Shown: positions 29,454 to 39,188, numbered from the stretch's first letter. The stretch is 64,000 bases of DNA from Patescibacteria group bacterium (GCA_021731245.1 JAKFXT010000015.1:14889-78888); one strand, 5' to 3'. Notes: a model not told the origin generated them from the letters alone. A program made the numbers and translations.

Positions 29454-29991
29454 TATCATACTAGTTTTAGGTAGCGCAAGAGATGGGAGAGTGTCAGAAA
29501 AAGTGGCTAAGTTTGTTTTTGAAAAATCTTCTATTATAGATGGTTTAAAAGTATCAATGGTAGATGTTAAGGATCATCTTTTTGGCAAAACGATACCACC
29601 GTCCGAAAAAAGCGAAATTACTGGGGTTTGGAAAAAAATAGCAAAAGAGAGTGATGGGTTTATTTTTGTGGTTCCAGAATATAATCACGGATATCCTGGA
29701 GAGTTTAAAATTTTGTTGGACTCGGCCCATGATGAGTACATAAGAAAACCAGCGCTACTCGTTACGGTTTCAGATGGTCCTTGGGGTGGTGCACGTATGG
29801 CGGAGAATCTTAAGCCCATACTTAATAACTTTGGAATCATTTCTCTTCCTGCGGTCCTCCACACATCATTTGCAGATGAAAAATTTGCTGAAGGCAAGGC
29901 GCCTGATGAAAAATATCAAGAACAATTAGAAAAGCTTCTAAATCAACTTGTGGAATACATTAGAGGCGTTAGTGTAATTAAAAAGGTATAA
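29437..29991 (+). CDS. NADPH-dependent FMN reductase
   Basis: GSARDGR, PEYNHGYPG..K..LD, GGAR. Confidence 0.9.
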   Translation: MKENLNIILVLGSARDGRVSEKVAKFVFEKSSIIDGLKVSMVDVKDHLFGKTIPPSEKSEITGVWKKIAKESDGFIFVVPEYNHGYPGEFKILLDSAHDEYIRKPALLVTVSDGPWGGARMAENLKPILNNFGIISLPAVLHTSFADEKFAEGKAPDEKYQEQLEKLLNQLVEYIRGVSVIKKV

Positions 29992-30005
29992 TATTAAGCA
30001 AAAAG

Positions 30006-30374
30006 ATGGAGCCAAAGAAAGTTCTCATACATTTAGTATTAACATCAGTCACGATATATTTTTTGACGTTTAAGAATTTTATACCCGGAATCTATGTTTC
30101 TGGTTTTTATAGCGCTTTCGTTGTCGCAAGTTTAATGGGACTTCTTTCTATTGCCGCAAGAACCATTCTTGCCACAATGAAAGTTCCAATGAAACTCCTA
30201 ACCATCTGGCTCTTTACTGTTTTTTTAAATACGGCCGTGTTGTGGTTTATAGGTAAATCTATGGATAGAGAGCAATTTAGTATTGATGGATCTTTTAATG
30301 GTTGGCTCGCCGCTTTTTCAGCTGCTCTTATAATTTCTGCAGCGCAGACAATAATACATAAATTGACAGATTAA
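30006..30374 (+). CDS. Holin-superfamily-IV-like 4-TM protein (divergent paralog)
   Basis: IPGIYVSGF.SAF, P..LLT.WLFT..LN; aligns with the next ORF. Confidence 0.65.
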   Translation: MEPKKVLIHLVLTSVTIYFLTFKNFIPGIYVSGFYSAFVVASLMGLLSIAARTILATMKVPMKLLTIWLFTVFLNTAVLWFIGKSMDREQFSIDGSFNGWLAAFSAALIISAAQTIIHKLTD

Positions 30375-30377
30375 ATT

Positions 30378-30719
30378 ATGAAAATTTTGGTTAAAATTGT
30401 CGTAGTTGCCCTAGCTCTTCTTGGTATAACACAGTACGATCTCGTCCCTGGTATTAGCGTTCCAGATTTTACTACCGCTTTAGTAGTCTCACTTGTCCTT
30501 GGAGTGCTTAATATTTTTATAAGACCATTGGCACTTATTTTGACATTACCGATAAATCTTTTGACTTTAGGACTTTTCACTTTTGTTATAAACGCACTTT
30601 TGTTTTGGTTCGCATCATTTTTTGTAAATGGATTTGAAGTCTCCGGATTTGTGGCCGCCTTTATCGGAGCTTTACTTATAGTTGTTGTAAAATGGATTTT
30701 AGATCGCTTTTTGAACTAA
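30378..30719 (+). CDS. Phage holin family IV / YvlD-like membrane protein
   Basis: LNIFIRP..ILTLPINLLTLGLFTFVINA signature. Confidence 0.85.
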   Translation: MKILVKIVVVALALLGITQYDLVPGISVPDFTTALVVSLVLGVLNIFIRPLALILTLPINLLTLGLFTFVINALLFWFASFFVNGFEVSGFVAAFIGALLIVVVKWILDRFLN

Positions 30720-30727
30720 AATAATTT

Positions 30728-31372
30728 ATGGATTTTTTTAGGTGGGCTTCCCGCCACTATATATTTATCGGACTAGTATCTTTACTTATCCTATCTCCTT
30801 TTTTGTTGCCTTCGGAATGGATTGATGGGGCGAGAGAGTTTATAGGAAAAGCGGGATTGTTACAGGGATTATTTATACTTGGTGTAATTTTGTTTTTTTC
30901 AACTGTTATAGCTCCTTTGAATACTATTTCCTTAGTTCCATTTGCCTCAGTAATTTTTGGTTGGCAACTAACGTCTCTTGTCTGTATTGCTGCTTGGACA
31001 ATTGGCGCTGTTGTAGCTTTTTTGTTATCAAGACGTTTTGGTAAAAGAGCTTTAAGTTTTTTACGAATACTGCAAGAAACTGAAAAGTATAGTAATCGTG
31101 TGCCACAAGAACTTAGTTTTTTAAGTTTGATTTTTTTACGTATGCTTATACCTGTAGATATTTTAAGTTATGCCATAGGACTTTTTACTAATATTTCATT
31201 ATTTAGATACACCCTCGCAACTGCAATTGGGGTTACACCCTTTTCAATTATTTGGAGTTATGGTGGAGAGGCAGCATTATCTAAACAATACTTAGCTCTT
31301 TTTTCTGCAGGAGCTGTTGCTGTTCTGGTGATTTTAATAGGGCGTCATTTTTACAAGATCAATAAAAACTGA
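30728..31372 (+). CDS. TVP38/TMEM64 (VTT domain) membrane protein
   Basis: GA..AFLLSR.FG, LRM.IP.DILSYA.G. Confidence 0.85.
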   Translation: MDFFRWASRHYIFIGLVSLLILSPFLLPSEWIDGAREFIGKAGLLQGLFILGVILFFSTVIAPLNTISLVPFASVIFGWQLTSLVCIAAWTIGAVVAFLLSRRFGKRALSFLRILQETEKYSNRVPQELSFLSLIFLRMLIPVDILSYAIGLFTNISLFRYTLATAIGVTPFSIIWSYGGEAALSKQYLALFSAGAVAVLVILIGRHFYKINKN

Positions 31373-31384
31373 TAAAACAGATAA

Positions 31385-32353
31385 ATGGCATTTGTCGACG
31401 AATTAAAGATAAATTTAAAAGCAGGCCACGGAGGAAGTGGTGTGGTTAGATGGTTGCGCGAGAAAGGAAAGCCATGGGGAGGGCCAAACGGAGGAAACGG
31501 TGGTAAGGGTGGGGATGTATATGCGGTTGGCGTTCGTGACGTTGGTCTTTTGGTCAAATATCGCCATATAAAGGAGCTTGGAGCTGAGAATGGCCATGAT
31601 GGCGAAGGTAATTCAAGACAGGGGGCATATGGCGCTGATCTTATGTTTCAGCTCCCAATAGGTACTATTATAAAAAATGAAGAAACGGGGAGAACAATAG
31701 AAATATTAGAAGAAGGCAAGAAAGAAATACTGCTTCACGGAGGGAGAGGTGGTTTGGGTAATGAATTTTTTAAATCATCAATAAATAGAAGTCCAGAAAA
31801 AGCGACTAAGGGTGAAATTGGGGAAACGGCAGATTTTTCTGTTGAATTACAACTTATAGCAGATGCAGGACTCATTGGCTTACCTAATGCTGGTAAGTCG
31901 AGTTTACTTAACGCTTTGACTAGAGCTCATGCAAAAATTGGCAGTTATCAATTTACTACACTTGAACCAAACTTAGGAGAAATGTTTGGGTTTATTTTGG
32001 CAGATATTCCAGGGTTAATTGAAGGTGCATCAGAGGGCAAGGGTTTGGGGCATAAATTTTTGCGCCACATTAAGAGAACTAAAATTTTATTTCATTGCAT
32101 CACTCTGGAGAGCGATGACATTGCTGGAGACTATAAAACTATAAGAGAGGAGCTCAAGAAATACTCAAAGGAATTAATAGAAAAAAAGGAAGTCCTCATT
32201 TTGACCAAAACAGATATGATAACCGAGGAAGATTTAAAGAAAAAAGAAAAATTGGCTAAGAAACTTTGTAAGGAAGTTCTTACAGTAACCATCCTTGATG
32301 ATAATTCTGTAAAAAAGTTTTCAGAAAATTTACTCAAAACTCTTAAAGTATAG
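31385..32353 (+). CDS. obgE: GTPase ObgE
   Basis: FVDE..Gly-rich Obg fold, GLPNAGKSS, FTTLEPNLG, DIPGLIEGA, TKTD. Confidence 0.95.
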   Translation: MAFVDELKINLKAGHGGSGVVRWLREKGKPWGGPNGGNGGKGGDVYAVGVRDVGLLVKYRHIKELGAENGHDGEGNSRQGAYGADLMFQLPIGTIIKNEETGRTIEILEEGKKEILLHGGRGGLGNEFFKSSINRSPEKATKGEIGETADFSVELQLIADAGLIGLPNAGKSSLLNALTRAHAKIGSYQFTTLEPNLGEMFGFILADIPGLIEGASEGKGLGHKFLRHIKRTKILFHCITLESDDIAGDYKTIREELKKYSKELIEKKEVLILTKTDMITEEDLKKKEKLAKKLCKEVLTVTILDDNSVKKFSENLLKTLKV

Positions 32354-32370
32354 AATGGTATAATTTTACT

Positions 32371-33774
32371 ATGTCCAAGTATATTCCCACCATTGGTCTT
32401 GAGGTGCACGCCGAACTGAAGACAAACACAAAGATGTTTTGTGGTTGTAAAAATGATGGAGATGAGAAAACCCCAAACGCAAATATTTGTCCAATATGTA
32501 TGGCGCACCCAGGCACTCTTCCTGTTATAAACAAAGAAGCTGTTAAGCATGTTTTGAAAATGGGAGTGGCGGTCGGAGGTAAATTAGCCGACTTTACGGA
32601 GTTTGATAGAAAAAATTATTTTTATCCAGATATTCCAAAGGGATATCAAATAAGTCAGTACAAATACCCACTTGTTTCTGGTGGTTTAATAAATGATATA
32701 GAAATCACAAGGGTTCACTTGGAGGAAGACACTGCACGCTCTCAACACGAAGGAGATATTAGTTTGATAGATTACAATCGCGCCGGAGTACCTTTAATGG
32801 AATTGGTGACTGAGCCTGTAATACATGATGCAGAAACTGCAGTGAAATTTGCTAAAGAATTACAACTACTCCTTCGATATATTGGTGCAGGAGAAGCGAA
32901 TATGGATAAAGGACAAATGAGAGTGGAAGCCAATATTTCGGTTGCACCAGAGGGAAAACTCGGTACAAAAGTGGAAGTAAAAAATTTGAATTCTTTTAAG
33001 GCTGTGTCCGGTGCTATTGCCTACGAAATAGAGCGCCAGAGTAAATTACTGGATGAAGGGGGAAGCGTGGTGCAAGAAACCCGTGGTTGGAATGAAAATA
33101 ATTTAACCACTTTCAGTCAGCGTCTCAAAGAAGATTCTCATGATTATAGATATTTCCCAGACCCAGATTTACCAAAACTATATATTTCAGAAATAGAAGA
33201 ATTTTCAAAAGAAAATCTTAAAAAAGAATTACCAGAATTACCATGGGAGAAAAGAGCGCGTTATCTTAAAGAAGGATTGAAAGAGGAGGATGCAGAAATG
33301 TATGTCGTCAACGAAATGTTTGGAAAGTTTTTCGAAGATGCTTCCAAGGAGTTGGAAAATGATAAAAAGTTAATTCAACTTGCCTCAAACTATATTACGT
33401 CGGACTTAGCCGGACTTTATAAAAATACTAATCGTAATTTTGTAGTTTCTCCCAAAAATTTTGCAGACCTTATAAAAATGACGGCAGAGAATAAAGTTTC
33501 TTCGCGCGGAGCCAAAGACCTCCTTTCTTTTCTCTATGACGAAGATGTGGTGCCAGAAGTATTGGCTAAGCAAAAAGGATTGTTACAGCAAAGTGATGAA
33601 GGCGCGCTTAAAAAAATAGCAGAAGATGTAATTGCAGAAAACGCAAAGGCGGTAGAAGAATATAAAGCTGGAAAAGAGACCTCAATTCAGTTTTTGGTAG
33701 GTCAAGGTATGAAAAAATCAAAGGGGAGTGCTAACCCGCAGGTTCTGAGAGATATTATAAAATCCCTGATATAA
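32371..33774 (+). CDS. gatB: Asp/Glu-tRNA amidotransferase subunit B
   Basis: IGLEVHAEL, FDRKNYFYPD, HLEED, DYRYFPDPDL. Confidence 0.97.
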   Translation: MSKYIPTIGLEVHAELKTNTKMFCGCKNDGDEKTPNANICPICMAHPGTLPVINKEAVKHVLKMGVAVGGKLADFTEFDRKNYFYPDIPKGYQISQYKYPLVSGGLINDIEITRVHLEEDTARSQHEGDISLIDYNRAGVPLMELVTEPVIHDAETAVKFAKELQLLLRYIGAGEANMDKGQMRVEANISVAPEGKLGTKVEVKNLNSFKAVSGAIAYEIERQSKLLDEGGSVVQETRGWNENNLTTFSQRLKEDSHDYRYFPDPDLPKLYISEIEEFSKENLKKELPELPWEKRARYLKEGLKEEDAEMYVVNEMFGKFFEDASKELENDKKLIQLASNYITSDLAGLYKNTNRNFVVSPKNFADLIKMTAENKVSSRGAKDLLSFLYDEDVVPEVLAKQKGLLQQSDEGALKKIAEDVIAENAKAVEEYKAGKETSIQFLVGQGMKKSKGSANPQVLRDIIKSLI

Positions 33775-33778
33775 TTTA

Positions 33779-35110
33779 TTGATCATGATCACTCCTGTTG
33801 GCATCTTTTTTCTATCGTTTTTAAGTCACTTTCTTACTTTAAAATTTAACTTTAAAACGAATAAAGGTATATTTTTAACCATCGCAATATACGAACTGGT
33901 TTTTCTCTCAATTCTTTTTGGTCTTAAATTTATTTTAATTGATTTTTTAGGAATAGATATTATTTCTATTTTTCTTATTTTTTACCTTCCCATAAGTGTA
34001 ATTTATGTACTAAGTATTTTGATTATTGGTATTTTCGTAATTAAAATAGCAAGAAACTTTTATGTAAAAGAAATCTCTGAAAGGAAAGAGATTCTGCCGA
34101 CACCCCATAGATTTTTAAAACTACATACTCTAATTTGTATAGTATTTAGTATTATCCTTATATACCTAATAGCTTTTCCTTCTCGAGAAATTCAAAGACA
34201 AATTGCAGCTTTTTTAAATTCTCCCAAAGCTTGTTCCCACATTTTACCTGGTAAATTGCCATCGGAAAGAGGATTTCTTTGGGCTTCGTCTCCTGAGCCA
34301 AGTCAAATTCATGATGAATGCTTGTTTCGAGTGGCCAAAAATAATTCAAATGAGCAAGCCTGTGATTTTATGGCAGACGAAGTTTCCAACTCTGATTATG
34401 TTGGGATTTCACGTTTTAAAGAACAGTGTTATGCAACAGTGGGTTCTTTAAAGTCCATCTTTTCTGCACCAATTTCTCCATACTTGTTTCCTAGAAAAAA
34501 TAGACCAATTCCACCAGGAGACCTCCCATATTTACAGGGGTGTCTTTCTTCTGGGGAAGCGGCCTGTATCTTCCCTTTGGCAACAGGGTATTCAAATTCG
34601 GAAATTTGCGGAAAAATAAATAGTATAAAACATAAAAACTTATGCTACCTGCGTATAGCCAGAGACACGCAAGATATTAAAGAGTGTGAAAATATAATTA
34701 GTTCTGAAATTATTAAAACGCAATGCTATGAGATTATAGGATCCCCCGTTTTGTTTGATTATCAGGCGCGACCTCCTCACCCCAGTGTTTTTGAAGATCC
34801 TAAAATGGTGGACATAATTTCGAGAAATACTTTACCAAAACAAAAAAAAGGACTAAATGAACAAGAAATACAACAAATAATTCAAAACTGTGACATTGCT
34901 CTTGTTGAAAGGGATACGTGCTTATTTAATAACGCTGTTGAAAGTACCGATTCTATTTTTTGTAGAAGTATAGAAAAAGTAGGTCGTAAGGATTTGTGTC
35001 ATTTGCAAATAGCAAAATATAGTCAAGATATACAGGAATGTGAAAATATTAGCGGTTCTCCAGAGTACTCTTTTAAGAAACAATGTTTTGTTTTCTTTAA
35101 AAAGTTATAG
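33779..35110 (+). CDS. Membrane-anchored Cys-repeat surface protein
   Basis: About 4 N-terminal TM helices; repeated C..I....K.LC...IA...QDI.ECENI units. Confidence 0.65.
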   Translation: MIMITPVGIFFLSFLSHFLTLKFNFKTNKGIFLTIAIYELVFLSILFGLKFILIDFLGIDIISIFLIFYLPISVIYVLSILIIGIFVIKIARNFYVKEISERKEILPTPHRFLKLHTLICIVFSIILIYLIAFPSREIQRQIAAFLNSPKACSHILPGKLPSERGFLWASSPEPSQIHDECLFRVAKNNSNEQACDFMADEVSNSDYVGISRFKEQCYATVGSLKSIFSAPISPYLFPRKNRPIPPGDLPYLQGCLSSGEAACIFPLATGYSNSEICGKINSIKHKNLCYLRIARDTQDIKECENIISSEIIKTQCYEIIGSPVLFDYQARPPHPSVFEDPKMVDIISRNTLPKQKKGLNEQEIQQIIQNCDIALVERDTCLFNNAVESTDSIFCRSIEKVGRKDLCHLQIAKYSQDIQECENISGSPEYSFKKQCFVFFKKL

Positions 35111-35173
35111 TAAATCTACTAATGGAAGAATCTCACTAAATATGGTCAAGTTACCTAAAATATCTTCAATTAC

Positions 35174-35242
35174 TTGTCCCGTTAGAAAATTTATCAAATA
35201 ATGTATAATTAAGCGGTTAACACTTAACTTTCTAATGGGATG
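35174..35242 (+). repeat. Start-codon-linked inverted-repeat element, copy 4
   Basis: TTGTCCCGTTAGAAA ... TTTCTAATGGG-ATG of gap; internal TATAAT at 35204. Confidence 0.8.
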
Positions 35243-36274
35243 GCAACGAAAATAGCGATAAACGGTTTTGGGCGAATTGGTAGAGCCTTCTTTAAATTGG
35301 CTATAAAACAGAAGGGAATTGAAGTTGTAGCTATAAATGACTTGGGTATGGTGGAGAATTTCGCCTATCTTTTGAAGTACGACACTGTCTATGGAAAAAG
35401 TGGTTTGGATATAAAAACTGAAGTAGAAGGTGAAAATAGAAAACTAATAGTAGATGGGAAAGAAATTACTTTCTTAAGTGAAAAAGAACCAAGTAAGCTT
35501 CCTTGGGGCAAGTTGGGGATTGATATTGTTGTTGAGTCTACTGGACTATTTGCTTCATACGAGAAATCAAAGGTGCATTTGGATGCTGGAGCAAAAAGAG
35601 TGGTAATTACTGCGCCTGTAAAAGATAAAGCGCCGGATGGAATAAAAGGAGAAACAGTTTTGCTTGGTATTAATGATGATTTATTTACTGATGTCTCTAT
35701 TTCATCGAATGCATCTTGCACAACGAATGCAGCAAGTCCACTCATTGCAATATTGGACGAAGCGATTGGTGTAGAAAAAGCAGTCCTTTCTACTGTGCAT
35801 GGATACACCGCAAGCCAAGCAATTGTAGATGGTCCGTCAAAGAAAGATTGGAAGGAAGGGCGAGCCGCAGCACAAAATATAGTGCCGACATCAACTGGGG
35901 CTGCTATTGCTGTGTCCCAGGCACTCCCACAATTAATTGGTAAATTTGATGGAATTTCAATGCGCGTGCCAGTTCCAGCTGGTTCCATTGCTGACATTAC
36001 ATTTATTGCTAAAAGAAACACAAGTGTAGAAGAGGTTAATGAAGTTCTAAAAAAAGCGTCTCTTGAAAAACGTTGGCAAAGAGTTTTTTCTGTAACTGAT
36101 GAGCCACTAGTCTCATCTGATATTGTGGGAAGTGTATACGCCTCACTCGCTGATCTTAATTTGACGCGTGTTATTGATGGAAATTTAGTTAAGGTTTGCG
36201 CTTGGTATGACAATGAAATGGGGTATTCACATGCATTACTCGAGCATGTTATAGAAAGCGGTAAAAATATATGA
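35240..36274 (+). CDS. gap: Glyceraldehyde-3-phosphate dehydrogenase, type I
   Basis: INGFGRIGR, SNASCTTN, WYDNE. Confidence 0.97.
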   Translation: MATKIAINGFGRIGRAFFKLAIKQKGIEVVAINDLGMVENFAYLLKYDTVYGKSGLDIKTEVEGENRKLIVDGKEITFLSEKEPSKLPWGKLGIDIVVESTGLFASYEKSKVHLDAGAKRVVITAPVKDKAPDGIKGETVLLGINDDLFTDVSISSNASCTTNAASPLIAILDEAIGVEKAVLSTVHGYTASQAIVDGPSKKDWKEGRAAAQNIVPTSTGAAIAVSQALPQLIGKFDGISMRVPVPAGSIADITFIAKRNTSVEEVNEVLKKASLEKRWQRVFSVTDEPLVSSDIVGSVYASLADLNLTRVIDGNLVKVCAWYDNEMGYSHALLEHVIESGKNI

Positions 36275-36780
36275 ATATGAATGGCGAACCAAAAGCGGAG
36301 AGAGTAGAAATAGAAAATATTGATTTTTCTGAAGCGAAAAGTCCAGAAGACCTGATTAATCTTGTGGGAAAAAAGGAAGAGTATAAAGAAGTTGCGGATA
36401 CTATGCGTGGAAATTATGACAAGGTTTCCATAAATATTAATTCCGGAAATCTAAATTCTGAACAATACTCGGCACTAATAGATTGTGCCCCAGAAGAAGT
36501 AAGAGAGACTTGGGAGAATTTGTTAAATATAGAATTAATAATTTCAGCTGAAAACATAGATGATTTTATTAAAAGGCTCACTTTAATTCCAAATATTACT
36601 TCAACTAATGAAAAAGTTGGTAACAAACCTGGCTCTTATTACGCAGAAGCTATAAATAAAGTCATGACTTCTTCTGGCGGAGAAGAATCTACGGGACTTA
36701 AGCAAAATAAAGTTTTAGATTTGATAAGTAAATTACCAAGAGCTTTTCTTATACGAGAAAAAGCAAAGGAGTTTTTTTAA
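36271..36780 (+). CDS. Hypothetical protein
   Basis: 169-aa ORF overlapping the gap stop; no motif recognised. Confidence 0.55.
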   Translation: MNMNGEPKAERVEIENIDFSEAKSPEDLINLVGKKEEYKEVADTMRGNYDKVSININSGNLNSEQYSALIDCAPEEVRETWENLLNIELIISAENIDDFIKRLTLIPNITSTNEKVGNKPGSYYAEAINKVMTSSGGEESTGLKQNKVLDLISKLPRAFLIREKAKEFF

Positions 36781-36786
36781 AAAAAT

Positions 36787-37092
36787 ATGGAGAGGTACGA
36801 TAAGTTAGTAAGAGATAGAATCCCCGAAATTATAAAGGAAAAAGGAGAGGAGTGCGTGATTCGAGAAGCTGGCGAAGAAGAATTCTCAAGAAAACTTCTT
36901 GAGAAGTTAGTTGAAGAGGCGAAAGAATTTTCCGACAAACCTTCTCTTGAGGAAATGGCCGATATAATGGAAGTTATTGAAGAAATTTGCAGACTAAAAT
37001 CTTGGGATAAAGATACTTTAAATAAAATACAAAAAGAAAAAAGAGAAAAACGAGGTGGTTTTAGTAAAAGAATAATTTTGGAAAAATCATAA
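36787..37092 (+). CDS. MazG-like nucleoside triphosphate pyrophosphohydrolase
   Basis: KLVRDRIP, KLVEEA.E, EEMADIMEV, KR.KRGGF. Confidence 0.85.
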   Translation: MERYDKLVRDRIPEIIKEKGEECVIREAGEEEFSRKLLEKLVEEAKEFSDKPSLEEMADIMEVIEEICRLKSWDKDTLNKIQKEKREKRGGFSKRIILEKS

Positions 37093-37093
37093 T

Positions 37094-37540
37094 ATGAAAA
37101 TATATTTAGCATCAGACCATGCCGGTTTTGAATTAAAAAATCATCTTATTGGTTTTTTAAATACCCAAGGCTACACAGCTATTGATAAAGGACCTTTTTC
37201 TCATGATCCAAATGATGACTATCCAGATTATGTTTCTCTGGTTGCTGAAGAAATATTGAAAGAACCAAATGATACTAGAGGTATTGTTATCGGTGGCTCA
37301 GGACAGGGTGAAGCCATCGCTGTAAATCGTCTTAAGGGGATTCGTGCCGCCGTTTATTATGGAGGAAACGAAAAAGTAGTTAAAACATCTCGTGAACACA
37401 ATAATTCAAATATTTTATCACTAGGGGCTCGTTTTTTAACGAGTGAAGAAGCAGAAAAAGTAGTCAAACTTTGGTTGGAAACAGCTTACAGCGAAGACGA
37501 GAGACACGTTCGTCGTTTGAAAAAAATAGACGCAAATTAA
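37094..37540 (+). CDS. rpiB: Ribose-5-phosphate isomerase B
   Basis: ASDHAG, DDYPD, GGSGQGE, REHNNSNILSLGAR, RH.RR. Confidence 0.93.
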   Translation: MKIYLASDHAGFELKNHLIGFLNTQGYTAIDKGPFSHDPNDDYPDYVSLVAEEILKEPNDTRGIVIGGSGQGEAIAVNRLKGIRAAVYYGGNEKVVKTSREHNNSNILSLGARFLTSEEAEKVVKLWLETAYSEDERHVRRLKKIDAN

Positions 37541-37613
37541 AGCGCTGCAATCATTTATTTTTGATTTTTTGAATCAATCTGCATTAATTTCTAAAACAGG
37601 TTACAATTGTTCA

Positions 37614-38309
37614 ATGATTGAGATAATTCCTGCCATAATGCCAAGTGACTTTGCTGATTTGTCGTCCAAAGTTGCACGGGTTGCACCTTTTGTTTCATCT
37701 GTTCAGCTAGATATTATGGACGGTGATTTTGTGCCAGAAAAAACTTGGCCATATCACGGAGAAATTATGGATTTTAAAAAGTTGCAGAGAGAAGCCCTCG
37801 GTCTTCCTGAATGGGAAAAAATAAATTATGAAATTGATTTGATGGTATCAAGTCCTGATAGGGATGCACTTGAATGGATTAAGATTGGAGCCTCTAGAAT
37901 AATCTTGCATTTTGAAAGTCACCCAGAAATAAAAAGTATAATTGAGAAAATTCGCCAAGAATATGGCAGAAAGTCAGATAATTATTCTGCACCCGAAATA
38001 GGGCTCGCAATTGGTACAGAGATTCCGCTTGAAAAAATAGACTCTTTAATTCCATTAGTTGATTTCGTGCAACAGATGGGAATTGAAAAAATTGGTTATC
38101 AGGGTGAAGCCTTTTCTCCAAAAGTAATACCGAGGATAAAAGAATTGAGAAAGAAATATCCTAACCTTATAATAAGCATTGATGGTGCAGTGAATGAGGA
38201 AACGGCGCCTGTTTTAGTAAGTGCAGGAGTAACGAGACTTGTTTCTGGTTCTTATGTTTTCAATGCAGTGGATATAAAACAATCAATTGATACTTTGAAA
38301 AATATATAA
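37614..38309 (+). CDS. rpe: Ribulose-phosphate 3-epimerase
   Basis: DIMDGDFVP, LMV, H.E, IDGAVN, VSGS; located between rpiB and tkt. Confidence 0.85.
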   Translation: MIEIIPAIMPSDFADLSSKVARVAPFVSSVQLDIMDGDFVPEKTWPYHGEIMDFKKLQREALGLPEWEKINYEIDLMVSSPDRDALEWIKIGASRIILHFESHPEIKSIIEKIRQEYGRKSDNYSAPEIGLAIGTEIPLEKIDSLIPLVDFVQQMGIEKIGYQGEAFSPKVIPRIKELRKKYPNLIISIDGAVNEETAPVLVSAGVTRLVSGSYVFNAVDIKQSIDTLKNI

Positions 38310-38318
38310 AAATTTAAA

Positions 38319-39188
38319 ATGGATATTTTAAATGATAAAAAAATAGAAGAGTTAGAACTAAAAGCGAATGACATTCGTGAATCTATTATTGAAATGCTTT
38401 TGGAAGCCAAGTCGGGTCACACGGCAGGACCTCTTGGAATGGCGGACATATTTACGGCACTTTATTTTCATATTTTAAAACATGATCCAAAGAATCCAAT
38501 TTGGGAGGAGCGCGACAGATTAGTTTTGTCCAACGGCCACATTTGCCCAGTTTTGTACGCCACCATGGCACACTCTGGATATTTTGAAGTTGAGGAATTA
38601 AAAACATTAAGAAAATTTGGCTCTCGTTTACAGGGGCATCCTCATCGAGAATGGCTTCCAATGCTTGAAACATCTAGTGGGCCACTTGGTAGTGGTCTTT
38701 CACAAACTGTCGGTATGGCTTTGGCTGACAGAATTGATAATGGACGGGCAACTCAAAAGTTTTTCTATTGTTTAATGGGGGACGGAGAACTTGATGAAGG
38801 ACAAAATTGGGAGGCGATAATGCTTGCGGGGAAAGAGAAATTGCATAATTTGATAGCAATTGTCGATAGAAATAATATTCAAATAGATGGTTTTACAGAA
38901 GATATTATGCCACTTGAAAATTTGAGACAGAAATGGGAATCATTCAATTGGCATGTAGAAGAAATAGACGGACACAATTTCCCGCAAATAATTTCTGCAA
39001 TTGAGCATGCCAAAGCTATTTTTGAAAAGCCGTCAGTTATTATTGCTCACACAATTCCAGGAAAAGGCGTAAAAGAATTTGAGAGAAAATATGAGTGGCA
39101 CGGCAAACCACCAAATAAAGAGGAGGGGGCTATGGCTCTTGCAGAATTAAGAACTCTAGGAGGAAAAATAAAAAGCGAACATGAGTGA
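38319..39188 (+). CDS. Transketolase, N-terminal subunit
   Basis: SGH, LSNGH, GDGELDEG..WEA, DRNN TPP motif. Confidence 0.95.
   Translation: MDILNDKKIEELELKANDIRESIIEMLLEAKSGHTAGPLGMADIFTALYFHILKHDPKNPIWEERDRLVLSNGHICPVLYATMAHSGYFEVEELKTLRKFGSRLQGHPHREWLPMLETSSGPLGSGLSQTVGMALADRIDNGRATQKFFYCLMGDGELDEGQNWEAIMLAGKEKLHNLIAIVDRNNIQIDGFTEDIMPLENLRQKWESFNWHVEEIDGHNFPQIISAIEHAKAIFEKPSVIIAHTIPGKGVKEFERKYEWHGKPPNKEEGAMALAELRTLGGKIKSEHE

Noticed and set aside
30006-30719. Prophage suggested by holin-like genes
   Set aside because: No endolysin, structural or integrase genes; this family is commonly chromosomal
3888-35242. Inverted-repeat elements as integron attC sites
   Set aside because: Core orientation is reversed (GTT arm first), they precede housekeeping genes rather than follow cassettes, and no integrase is present
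35389-36213. 274-aa antisense ORF
   Set aside because: Shadow of gap on the opposite strand; no motifs or expression signals
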